DNA of 64,000 nt, from the NCBI GenBank assembly GCA_021613535.1, contig CP075492.1:1550001-1614000 (forward strand). Direction: 5' to 3'. Position numbers and translations under genes: made by a program. The notes beneath the pieces are model-generated. The model did no database searches. It was not told the origin of the DNA and was given only the letters and a program-made list of their open reading frames with translations. Positions within the stretch are counted from its first letter, which is position 1. Each line of letters begins with the position of its first letter. The stretch comes from Adineta vaga. Its lineage: Eukaryota; Animalia; Rotifera. Positions 13,483-26,941 of this stretch are shown piece by piece.

Positions 13483-14354
13483 CAAGAAATTAACATTTGA
13501 CTAGGTCCAGAGAACCGAGAAATACATGTTTGGTATTGAAGTCTATAATTATACCACGACATGTTTTCACATATTTGTATTTTTCTTTTGCTATCATTGA
13601 ACAAAAGTGAGATACTAGACTAGCAAATAGTACTTGTACACTCCCATGCCATTTTCTGATTACTGTCTTTTGTATATGAAAAAAGCATTCGATACTAAAG
13701 ACGAACTTCACAGATATAGAAAGAACTTGTGTATTCATCTCAAGACCTGGAAAACGAATAACCACTTATATAGTGCATGTTTTGTTTGAGAGCTTGTCTG
13801 GATGGCCAACTGCCCTCGTGATTCTTTCTGATAAAATCATACTTTTTAAGTGAACAAATGGATAACAAATTCAATGACACATGAGATCCCTCTCCTTACA
13901 GTGCTTTTCCCCTAGAAATGTGCTCTTATATGATGATGATGAATAAACTTATCTTTAAAAAAGTTGACAAGCAGCGCTAGCACTACACGAGTTTTCAAAA
14001 TAAACTCTATGTTAGAGATTGCCCATTCCGGCCGAATACCCCATTGAGTTTTTCTGTATTATACGAGTAAAGCATGTTGCTGTTCACGTCATGTGAGACA
14101 AGATCATTAAGAATCCAAGATTATGTCCAACAACGCCAGGTTTTATCATTATAACAATGGGAAAAACTGCTAGCTAACATGGAAGCTGATTCTCTTTCCT
14201 CTATTATTATGAGGATGAAATTCGATGTCATTGGACCTAATCTAGTTTTGTCGATGGTCCTCTCACATATGACCTGAACAGCGACATCCTTTATCTTTAT
14301 ACAACAAGAAAAACAGTGGGATGCCCAGCTATACTACGTAAACCTATATATATA

Positions 14355-15237
14355 CCCCTGGAAATAAATAGCTGCAGTTGGTATTTCGCATATTTTATCA
14401 TTATGAAAAGACATTTTTTAAAATCCAATTATATATTCTGAAAGCACACGGAGTTTTCTATCATCCTATGTAATTGGTTTTCAATTTGTCCCTTTCTTAT
14501 TATTGAAAAGAATTGAATGCAATGAAGGCACTCTCATGTTCAAATTCTCAACAAACAGTTGTTTTTGCTGCTATTGAGATTCGTTTTTAAACTATTTTAT
14601 AATGAGAATAGTATCTTTTTAAAAAAGTAACTATATATTTTGTTAGAGCTTGAAATTCTCTCTCGCCCTGTATATTTACTTATTTTCTTATACCCATTTA
14701 TTCAAAGAAAGTTTGAGTACACTAAGAAAAATCTTCAATCGGCAAGTAGTGAAAATATAGCATTTTCACTGTTCCTTTTCGATTACCACAAGGAAGAAAT
14801 AAACTATATAAAAGATGTACATCATTTGATAGAACATGAAATTCTCTATCGTCCTATGTATTTTTTTTCGTGCTCTGGATTAATATATTGAATACATGGA
14901 TCTAAAGCAGAACACAAATAAATAGCATGATAGAGAATTTCATGCTCTATCAGAATATATAATTACTTTTTTAACAAGATACTATTCTCATTATAGAATA
15001 GTTTAAAAACGAATCTCAATAGCAGCAAAAACAACTGTTTGTTGAGAATTTGAACATGAGAGTGCCTTCATTGAATTCAACTCTTGTCAATAATGAAAAG
15101 GGATAAACTGAAAACCAATTACATAGGATGATATAAAACTCCATGTGCTTTCAGAATATGTAATTGAGTTTTAAAAACTCTCTTTTCATAACGATAAAAT
15201 ATGCGAAATACCGACTGCAACTATTTATTTCCACGAG
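14355..15237. mobile_element. TA-flanked MITE (Tc1/mariner-like) with ~320 bp terminal inverted repeats
   Basis: TA|CCCCTGGAAATAAATAG ... CTATTTATTTCCACGAG|TA; arms 14355-~14680 and ~14915-15237 are diverged reverse complements; no transposase ORF. Confidence 0.85.
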
Positions 15238-15583
15238 TATATATAATGAGACTTCTAGAGAATTTTTTAGAAATGAGATGAGCGATTATATTTTGACCCT
15301 CGTTTAGTGCATATCTGTGTCAAACGTCAAAGTATCGAACTGAAAACTTTACCAGGACTTCGGCACTTCAGCCTCAGTCTAAACTAGAAATTTCAGTCCA
15401 TTAGAACGAACTTCGACTGAAATAAGTTTTTGAGGTTGGAGACCTTAAGTTTTTATGAACACATATCTATAATTAGTTCAATAATATAGAATATGTCAAA
15501 AATGCGATCACAAGCTCATTCGCACTTTCAGTATTATCTATCGAATTAATTTAAAGTTCTGGATTTTTCAGATACATTATTGG

Positions 15584-15608
15584 TATATATATATATATAT
15601 ATATAAAT
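15584..15608 (+). promoter_or_regulatory. (TA)n / TATA-like tract ~100 bp upstream of the PKS start
   Basis: TATATA...TATAAATA run before the ATG at 15711; function inferred from position only. Confidence 0.4.
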
Positions 15609-15710
15609 AATGTCTTCTTCAAAATTCTTTCTTTTTAGATACAAAACTTTTTCGCAATCTTTTCTATTTACTTCTTACATTTATCAATTGATTAATCGTG
15701 CGAGGTTTCA

Positions 15711-18700
15711 ATGGCATCAGTTTCAAGTACTTGTCTAGAACCAATAGCTATCATAGGAATAGCTTGTGAATTTGCAGGTGATATTCATTGCGCAAGCGAT
15801 TTATGGCAAGCACTAAAAGAAAGTCGCGATGTTGGAAGCATTATTCCACGTGATCGATTCGATTTAGAATCATATTCTGCTCATATGTTAAATATGGATA
15901 ATCACGGGCAACTTCATCAAAAGCTTCTTCGTCGAGGTTATTTCCTATCAAACAATCAATGGGATATGTTTGATGCAAGTTTCTTTGGGTTATCAGATGC
16001 TGAAGCAGGTAGCATCGATCCATGCCATCGATTACTTATGCTCAAATTTGTTCATTTACTCGATGACGCTGGATATAGCATGGAGAAAGTAAACGGATCG
16101 CGTACATCTGTTTATATTGGCCAATTCTCTACAGATCACGCTGCTACATCATTTAGAATGGAACCTGAACATCGATCAAGATTCCATGGACCTAATAGTT
16201 TACTGTACAATGCTGCAGCTCGATTATCTTATCATTTCAATTTGCGTGGTCCTAATGTTTCATTAGATGCTGCTTGTTCATCGTCATTACAAACTGTTCA
16301 TATGGCTGTTCAAACGCTTCGAACAAGTGAAGCAGATATGGTGGTATGCGGTGGTGTTAATGGTCTTTATGCACCAGAGAATTTTCTGTGGAGTTCCTTG
16401 ATTAGTGCTCAATCACCAGATGGTCGAAGTCGATCATTTAGTTCTGATGCAAATGGTTATGCTAAAGGTAAAAAATTTATATAAATATATTGACAATACT
16501 CTGTGTTTCTAGGTGATGGTCTCGGTCTTCTCTTATTGAAACGATTAAGTGATGCTGAACGTGATGGAGATCGTATATATTGTATTATTCGTGATGTTCT
16601 TAGTGGTCATGATGGAAATGAAGACAAAAACAGTTATGTTGTTCCATCAGCTGCTGGACAGGCACGTCTCCTCAACGATATATATAAACATGCAAATGTT
16701 GATCCTCAACGTATCTTTTATGTTGAAGCACATGGCACTGGTACACTTGTTGGTGATCCTATTGAAGCCAATTGTTTAGGTCAATTTTTTAATCGTTCAA
16801 CTATTGATCCACCATTATTGATTGGTTCTGTCAAGAGCAATTTGGGACATACTGAAGGAACTGCTGGCATTGCTGGACTTATTAAAATAGCTATGTGTAT
16901 GCGTCATCGAGCTATTCCATCAAATATGCATTTTACATCACTTAATCCTAAAATTGAAGCAAAACGATATAATCTTCATGTTGTTCAACATTATGTACCG
17001 TTCCCTTCTTACGCTGACATTGAACCCATTGCTATAGGTATAAATTCATTTGGAATAGGAGGAAATAATGCACATGCTATCGTTGAAGAATATCGATCAA
17101 CTAGGAATCCGATTGTTAATGGATATCGTGAAGAGAATAAACAATATATCATTTTTATTTTCTCCAGTAAGTGGTGTAGATGAATTTATTATATTACCAA
17201 CTATCTTACTTATTTTTCATTTTCAGCAAAAAGTTCTAAATCTCTCAAAGATCAAATAGTTCAATTTAATCAATGGCTAGAAGAAAAATCTTTCATTGAT
17301 ACAAATAATGAACATGCTTTTCTTCAACATATCTCTCAACAACTTTTACTTCATCGAACTATTAGTCATACAAATTTATGCATCTTCGTATTTGCTGATC
17401 GTAAACAGTTGCAAGAACAAATCAATGCTTTTCTTGTTGAACAGACAATAGCTGGTCTCTCGATAGCATCACGTCCAACAGAATCTCTATCAACAAAAAT
17501 ATGTTTTGTATTTAGTGGACAAGGACCACAATGGTGGGCGATGGGTCGACAATTGTATGAAAGTGAACCTGTCTTTACACAATGGATCCAACTAATTGAT
17601 AAAGAAATGAGCAAAATTAATAATGGTGAATGGCGATTATTAGAAGAACTAATTGAAAAGAAAAATGAACAAGAATCTCGTATTAATGATACAAATATTG
17701 CTCAACCAACATTGTTTGCTATTCAAGTCGCTCTTGCAGCTCTACTTGTATCATGGAATATTTATCCTTCAACTATTATTTCACATAGTGCTGGTGATCA
17801 AGCAGCTGCTTTTGTTACAGGTCGTCTTAGTTTACAAGAAGCGGTTCGTATCGTTTATCATCGATCACGTCTTCAAAATCGAAATACACGACAGGGTGGT
17901 CAAATGCTTGCAGTTTCGATGAGTGAAGAAGAAGTACAAGAGAAACTTCTCCAAGGTATTGAACATCTTGTTTCTGTTGCTGTTGTTAATAGTCCTCGAT
18001 CAGTAACATTGAGTGGAGATGAAAAGATTATTCATGAATTACAACAAATCCTTTCTACACTTTATCCAAACGTTTTCAAAGCTCGTCTTCGTATTGAAAA
18101 TGCATTTCATTCTCATCAAATGGATCGATTTAATATTGAAAAAGAAATGTTGTCATCTCTCAAAGATATTCGAGGATTACCATTACAAGATGCACAGCAA
18201 ATCTTTGATCCAAAATGTGCACAAGCTCATCTTTATTCAAGTGTTATTGGTAATAAACTAAGTGATGATATACCAGTTGATGCACATTATTGGTGGACAA
18301 ATGTTCGACATTGTGTTCGATTTCGTGATGCTATTGCATCCATTATTAAAGACGATGCTGCAGATATTTTCTTTGAAATTTCACCACATCCAGTGTTAGC
18401 TACTTCTATTCGAGAATGTTATGAATCTAGCAATCATCGACAACCACTCATTCTTCCAACATTAAAACGAAAAGAAAATGAACAAATAACATTACTCACT
18501 AGTATAGCACAATTAACAGCATCAACTGATATGTGGCAAAAATATTTCGATACTCGAAATATATTAGCTACGAAAGAAAATGAATTATTACTTGATGACT
18601 TTCCTCTATATACATTCGATCTTAGTTCATGTTGGTATGAATCAAAAGATTCAGTTATGAAGCGTTTAGCTAATCGTATTCCTACTCATCCTCTTCTTGG

Positions 18701-21700
18701 TGTTCGTCAATTGACAGGTCAAACAACTGCAACATGGAAGAGTCTTATCAATATTAATCTACCACAATATACATATCTGAAAGATCATAAGATTCAAGAC
18801 TCAATCCTTTTTCCTGCTGTTGCCTATCTTGAACTTGCAACAGCTGCTTGTCGTCAATTACTTTCGTCAGTGGATGACAAACAACCGACTATCATCTTTG
18901 AAAATATCAAATTTAGTAAAGCATTGGTTCTAAGTGAACATGAATTGACAGAAGTATTTACACAAATTATTATGCCAATGCAAGAATGGTATATTTATAG
19001 TCGACCATGGTCATCAGCTGGTTCCGATTGTATGCGTTCATCAGGAATGTCAAGCATCGACATACTTAATTCGTTTGATGATCAACAAACTCTTAGTCAA
19101 TATTCATTAAGTGAGTTTACTCTCCATGCTCATGGTCGAATCGAGACTGATCATACTTCACAAAAGTCAACAACATTATTTAACTGTACAAGAACTCCTG
19201 CTACCTGGTCGACACATGATATAACAAGTATCTACACTCATTTGTCAACACGAGGTTATCAATATGGACCGTCTTTCCAAAATATGCGATCATTACAGGG
19301 TACAACATCGACAGTTGTTGCGAAGATCTCGAGTGATTCTACTTTAATTAATGATCTTCACTGTTATAATCTATACCATCCAACATTACTAGATGCTTGC
19401 CTTCATCCCTGTCTAACGCTATTACCGGGTATTGATACCACTTTTATTCCTGTCAGTATTGAGAAGTTTATTACCAAAAGCAACGTGGATACATATGATT
19501 CAAATATTGAAGTTCACGGAAATTATTATGATAATATTTGTGGCTTGAATCAAGAACGAACATATACTGTGGATCTAATGGTCATACCAAATGACATAGC
19601 AAAGGAAAGAGCAATGTGCATTTTTCAAGGTTTTGTGCTTCAACAAATTCAAAGCGTACAATCGGGTCGATGGATACGAGAGAAATCAATATTTGATAAT
19701 CTAAATGCCGCTATTGATTTACCTAACATAGATCGTAGAAAATACTTGGATGCAATTATGAAAGACTATTGTATGAAAAGAACATGGACTGAATCATCAA
19801 TGATAACCAGTGCCGCCAATCTGCTACCATCCCCACTCACATTAGTCAATAGCCAAGTCAACATTGTTATTAATCAAGATCTGATTGAATCAATTGAACC
19901 ATTCAATGAATTAGCTGCATGTTATGCACAGATGGCGATCGAAGGTCTCGACACAAATGTTGTTGATCATCACTACCGTCCTTTATTCGATACTTGTCAT
20001 TCTCTTGCTACTATTTTACACGAAAAAGTCACACATCATTCGACACAAATTCGTCTTATGCAATTGTTAGATCGTTTTCCTCGACTAAAGCCACTTTTAA
20101 TCCCACTGAACGCACATGGTTCTCATCTGAAACATGTTTTCAGAGGACATCCGAGTAAATCAAGTATATTTTTTGGAAACGATGAAACTGGACACATCTT
20201 ACAACAATTCAAAAACATAATTAGTGCAAATAAAACACAAATGATATTCGATACAATCGCTCGACATTTTCAAAACGCTCATGAACAAATTAAAGACGTT
20301 TCACTTAACACCTACCGATTGCGGATACTCTGGTTTGCTGCTGGTGAATTTTTGGACATTCTTCCTATTCTTCAACTTCTGCTAAACTTATCTGATCAAA
20401 CTGGTTTATGGATCGACTTATACTATGTAGATGCCGATTTAGCATCGCTCACGCAGGCTGAACAAGCCTTTCAGTCATATTTAACTTCTCAAACGCGTGT
20501 ATCTGTTACATATGATCAAACAGTTGATTTATCTGACAGTGAAACATTTGATAAGATCCCAGTAGAATCATTCGAGATTATATTTGCTGCAAATCAATTA
20601 AAAAGAAATCAAGATTTAACAAAAATTCTAGCACATCTCCGCTGTTTACTTGTTCCAAATGGTATTCTTCTGTTACTCGAACTGATTGATGTCCCTCTTT
20701 ATTTTGATATTATCCTTGGTCTAATCGATGAATGGTGGTCACCAGCCGACAATACGCGTGCACTAAATAGTGTTCATCAGTGGACCAGCATTTTAAAAGA
20801 AACAGGTGGATTTGTTGATGTTCAACTGGTGCCAAGCCAGTTCCAAAGTACATTAATAATTGCTCAAAAGACAATATCTCAGGAAATATTACGGACACTA
20901 AGTGAAAGACAACATCAAGCATGGTTGCTTTTTGCTAGGAACGATTCCCAAAGTCTTGGCCATGAAATAGCATCACTTTTACCATGTTCATATATTCAAT
21001 TTTTTGATTTTAACAATCGAAATATTAGGTTAATTCGTTCTATAATGCAAATGATGGCGACTACATATAAACAGTTGTATATCGTCTTTGCCTGGCCTTT
21101 TGAACAGACTCCTCATGATGATAATACAGTTACATCATTTAAACAAAATGTAGAACTTATATGTTGGACATTCATTCAACTTCTTCAAATAGTTCAAACA
21201 ATACCTTCTCGCTTCCGTCCATTCATATTTGTTATTACACGCAATGCTCAGCTTAATAGTGATTCTGACTGCAATGTCCTCATAGCGCCACTTATTGGTC
21301 TAGTTCGTAGTTTGATCGCTGAATATGAACCACATCGATTGAAACTTATTGATCTCCAATCATCATCATCATCACTATTGAGTAATGAAGTAGGGCTTAT
21401 TCCTGCTCTAATACAATATATGATTACGTGTCGATATACTAACAATACTGATGAAATAGTACTTCATCTCGATGCAAGTAATAATCAAGTTAAACATATT
21501 ACATGGTATTATGAGATGTTGCAGACATCTACAAATAAAGAAGAAGAATCAAAATTAGGAAAAGACATGATTATTCCTCGACAAGATCCTGATCAAAAAC
21601 CATTTCGTCTTCATGTACCAACGTCTCGTTTTCTCACTGATTTAACATGGATTCCAGACCATCGACCAAAAGAACTCTTACCAGGCAAGTTAGAAGTTCG

Positions 21701-24360
21701 TGTTCAGTGTGTTGGTATTAATTTTCGTGATGTACTCAAAGCGCGAGGTCTCTATCCACATACACACAAGTTTGCACAACTCGATGAACATCAACCACAT
21801 GCTGATCGAGATACAGAACCAGGTTCAGATTTTGTTGGAATTGTAGTTCGTTCATGTCCTGGTGTTAGTATTCAACCTGGTGATCATGTTCTAGGTATCT
21901 CTGTCAATGGTGTATTTCATTCACATGCTGTTGTCGATTCCTCTCAAGTGGTACCTATTCCAAGTGGATGTCCTCTCACTGATGAACAACTGTCAGCTAT
22001 GCCTACTGTCTGTTTAACAGTCATATATTCTCTTAAATACCGTGTTCATCTTCGACGTGATCAAACTGTTCTCATTCATGCAGCAACAGGAGGTGCTGGT
22101 CAAATTTGTATTCAATATTGTCAATATATTGGTGCTCGGATCATAGCTACAGCTGGAACTGAAGAAAAACGTCGTTTTCTTCGTGAACACTATGGTATTG
22201 AACATGTATTCAATAGTCGAGATACTTCTTTTGTTAATGGTGTACGCAGTGTTGTACCCAATGGAGTTGATATTGTTATTAATTCATTATCAGGTTCTCT
22301 TCTCCAAGAATCTGTTAAATTACTTGCCCATCATGGTCATTTTGTTGAATGGGGTAAACGAGATATTTATGGTAAAAGTCAATTATCTATGTTTGAATTG
22401 CGATCAGACTGTAGCTTCCATGTAATTGATTTGGTTTCGCTCGCCCTCTCACAACTAAACTGTGTACCTTTGATGTTACAAGAAATGATTGACTTATGTC
22501 TTGAAGGTAAGTTAAAACCAATTGAATCAACAGTCATTTATGAGCCATCCAAGATAATCGAAGCATTTATGAAAGTGAGTAGTGGTCAGGTTATAGGCAA
22601 AACAGTTATTCGATTAACTAACTCTGATGAACCACTAGCATTGAATACTGAGCAATTCAATAATTCGATTGAAGGTAATTTCTAGTTTTCTTTTGTTATA
22701 TGATTAATAAATTGATGTAGGCAACAATGATACAATGTTCACTTCGGAAGTATGTAGGAGAGGAACAATTCTGATTTCTGGTGGTTTTGGTGGTCTCGGA
22801 TTGGCAATGACACGTTGGATGATAGAGAAACGAGATATTAAACGTGTGATATTGCTAAGTCGTCGTACATTAGCTGAACTTGAACAACCTTCCAATCCTC
22901 AATACGAAGAATGGTTACGAGTAAAACAAACAATAAATCAGTATAATGCTTATGTCGATGTACTTCAAATTGATGTGACAAATTTCGATCAAGTGCATTC
23001 TCTCATTGAAAGACTTAACCAAACTCCTTATCCTGTTCGAGGTATTATTCATAGTGCTGCCGTCGTCGAAGATCTTACATTAGCCAATATGACAGAAGAA
23101 CATTTGACACGAGTAACATCAGCTAAAGTTCATGGTGCTTGGATTCTTCATCAAGCAACACAACTTACAAATACTCCAGTTCATTTTTTTATTATGTTCT
23201 CATCTATTCGAAATCATTTATTAGAATTAGCATCTGCGAGTTATAATGCTGCCAATCAATTTCTTGATGCTCTTGCTCATTATCGCATGACAAAACTCAA
23301 GTTACCTGCTCTTTCTGTTAGTTTACCAGCTGTAAGTGGTGCTGGTATGTTTCATCGGCAACGAGATTTACTAGCAAATTTTCAAGCTACACATGGTTTT
23401 GAAACGGTGCCAACAGTGACTGTATTCGAGCTGATTGAACGCTTCTACGAAAATGAGAAGACTTGTTCATGTCCTATTATTTTTACTGTTAATTGGCAAA
23501 CATTATATGAAAGACGTCATAAATTACCCCTCTTTCAATTGAGTAAAATAGTAGAAGAACGGTACAAAACTCTGAGTCTTGAAAACACATCATCAACATT
23601 ATCAGGACCTATCAGTAGAATCGATTTAAATTTGAGTACTAAAGAAAGCATTATTGAACGAACTCAAGCAGCGGTAGCTCGATTACTTGGTGCATCAACT
23701 ATTGATCGTATTTTGATTGATCGCTCATTGATTAGTCAAGGAATGGATTCATTAGCTGCTCTTTCTTTATATAATTGGTTAGGACAAGAAACTGGCATTT
23801 ATATACCAATGGCTGATCTTCTTCAAGGTCTTTCTATTGAAAACATTGCGTCAGTCGTCCATAATAAATTCTACCAACAACAGCAAATTGTTTCAACAAC
23901 GACTAAAGAATATGATATAGACGTTGATCTAATAAAGGAAAATGAAGTCAATATAACTGGTAGTCTTATCTATACTGGCACAGAAAATATTATATGTCTA
24001 GGATCGATGCTTCAGAACACTGGTTCAGTTCTTTTCTATATTACGAACAAGCCAACGATTGATATTAACGATTCGTTTAGATTACATATCAACAAAAAAT
24101 TATTCAGTCAGCAGAGTCCTAAAGCATCAGTTATCACCTATGCTATACAAATACCATCAATGCCATTGACTACAGATATATCTAAATATGCTCGTAACAT
24201 GATTTTACAAATACGTCGCATTCAACCTCGTGGACCTTATCAATTAATGGCTTTAGGTAACACACCAGAGGAAAACATCGCACATGAAATAATCAAACAT
24301 CTCAAGGATCATTCCCTTGTAATCGATATTCAATTGGTTTTATTCGACGGTCAGGACTAA
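15711..24360 (+). CDS. Highly reducing type I polyketide synthase KS-AT-DH-(degenerate MT)-ER-KR-ACP-(degenerate TE); 4 exons (15711-16467, 16513-17166, 17227-22674, 22721-24360)
   Basis: KS DAACSSS/EAHGTGT/SNLGH; AT FSGQGPQW, SHSAG, NAFHS; DH HPLLG, DHKIQDSILFP, LLDACLH; ER LIHAATGGAG; KR ISGGFGGLG, YNAAN; ACP GMDSL. Three short GT-AG introns restore one continuous frame. Confidence 0.95.
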
Positions 24361-25281
24361 AAGACAATATTTCAAATCTTTCTTTTAGAGTTATTTGTGA
24401 GTCAATCACTTTGAATTTTTTATTATCTACTTAATTCCGCACTATAAAATCGCTGCTAGAACTCCAGGTCGTTATAATTATAAAATTTGGAAGTCATATT
24501 TGGAAGTTTTAGAAAGTTTCTTTAGCATCACTTTAGCAGATAATTACTAAAATTCTTCATGAGGGCATTTTGTCACACAGGTATCTGGACGCAGAAAAGA
24601 ACTTAATCGTTTTGGCTAGATAAATTATACTTTAAAGTATGCAAGGATCTTTATATGGTTCACTATCGAAAATATTCCCGTTAAGTCCTTAATTTTTCCA
24701 ATAGTTACAGATTGGATAAATTTTCAAGCATTTTAGAGAATTCTTACTGATTATATAGATAATTTTTCTCAAAATGTCCAAGAATTTTATATTGATAAAT
24801 AGAAATTTATAAAAATTCTTACGATAAGATCTTGAGTTTTGAATCTTCTGTGATGGAAATACCAATAACTAGATTTTGAAAAGTTTTAGAATACAGGATT
24901 GACCATATATCTTGTAGATCTACTTTACTGGCGTAAGCTTATACGAGCGAGTACATTTTTAGATTAGTAATTCTGCTATTCAGAAGCTGATTATAACTTT
25001 AAAAGATTTAATTCATATACAATGACCTCTATTGATTTCTGATATTTTCCAAAGATTATCGACATAATCTCGAAGAATTATTCACATCCTTGAAGTGATA
25101 TCATGATTACTCCCGATATTTCCAATGCAGAAATTAGTTTGCCTCACTTTGAAACTTATCGCATGTTTTATTGTACACATATTATATTTCACTACTATAC
25201 TTACTTACACTATTGTAGATAAAATAGGCTTTTTATTTTACATTATCAAGCACCGATTTTACAATTCTTCTATTACAAAAA

Positions 25282-26941
25282 ATGCTTTCACGTAAACAAT
25301 TGACTGTAACAGTTCCAACAACTGTCCAAAATAAACAAGGTCTTGAAGCTTCAGGTCGAACAGAAGCTGTAGCTTCACTTGTTCAACAGCGGATATATTT
25401 ACATGAAAAGTTATATTTTAGTGATTCTAATATATCTGTTTACAACATATTGGTTCCACTGATGGTACAATGCGGCTCAGTATTAGTTGAACAGATCCAT
25501 TCATCGTTTGTAAAAATGATTCAGGAACAGGCAGTTCTTCGCTCATCAGTTCGCTACAATCCAGGGAATAATCAAGTCGAGCAATTGGTTCAAGATTTTG
25601 ATAAGGATATATATTCTTTTCAACATTCACATGGTATTTTGACACCTGAGCAACTTGATATTTTACTTACAAGTGAATTAACAGGCAAATACTTTGATGT
25701 CGAAAAGGGAAGAGTCACTAGGTGCCACGTAATCCAGCGAAATGTTGGCAACAGTGATATACTGTTACAGCAAGGCGATTGTGTTATTTTTAATATTCAT
25801 CACATTGCTCTCGATAACGTTTCACTTAAATTATTCGTTCAAGCATTTGAAAAAGCATGCTGGGCTGATAAGTCTGCTCAATCAATGTCAAAAGTACCAC
25901 AGTATATTGATTATACAATTTATGAGCAGGCATTGTTAGTGGACCCAAGTCCAAATGCAAAAATGAACAAAGCTCGTCTATTCTGGAACAATCTATTAGA
26001 TGGCTATGATTGGAATAAAGTACAAAATCTAATGCCAGATCAAGTGAGAAGTTCTCAAATACGGTCTGGCCATGCTTATTCAACAACATTTAATATCAGT
26101 GAACATGTTGTGAATGCAATGATGCAATTCTCTACAGCAAACAATCTAACTATGTTTGCATTGTCACTCGCCTGTTATTATGTGTTCCTATTCAAATTAA
26201 TCGATGATGATGATTTGTGTGTAGCAGGTGTTACAGCCAATCGATATGAACCAGAGTTTAAAGATATGATTGGCATGTTTGTCAATCTTCTTCCATATCG
26301 AATCCAAATGAGGCCAGCTGATTCATTTTATCATTTTGTTCAAAAAGTGCAACAGCTGAGCAATGACATTCTGCAATATTCTTATCTACCTTATCAAGAA
26401 ATTATCAATTCCAATGGGAAATCAGAACATAATTTACTACCCTCTACATCATTCAATTATGAATCAATTCTGTCTTTAACTCAGAAAACCACTGCGGAAA
26501 TAGCTGTCAATGAAAATTCTATTCTGTGTAGCTATTATGAAGAAGATCGCTCTCGCGGTAACGGCGTTACATTATTCGATATGACTATAACAATATCACA
26601 TAGTCATCGTGAGCGAAGAACAAAATGTTTTCTTGATTGTTCAATCGAAACATTTAAAACACAAACTGATGTCGATTTACTTGCAAAACGTTTTCATCAT
26701 ATGATAGAACAACTCTTCTGTGTACCTATGATCCATGAATCAATCGATCAATTATCTATTTTGCTTTCGAACAAGCAACAATTTTCGTATCATCTCAATG
26801 ATGCCGATAACTTTTCATCTACTTTTACATCAGGTACTAAATTTGTTACTTTCATGAATAAATTATTTCTTAGTTTACTAGATGACACTAACGATTTGGA
26901 AACAATTACCTTTCACAGACTGGCTGATATTATAGACGAAG
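25282..26941 (+). CDS. NRPS first exon: N-terminal (starter-position) condensation domain
   Basis: ASLVQQRIYLHE, HHIALD, IGMFVNLLPYR; ends DIIDEG at donor GAAG|GTATGT. Confidence 0.85.

Noticed and set aside
26834-26873. Possible small intron near the end of the C0 exon
   Set aside because: The frame is already open through it, and a 40-nt removal would shift the frame.
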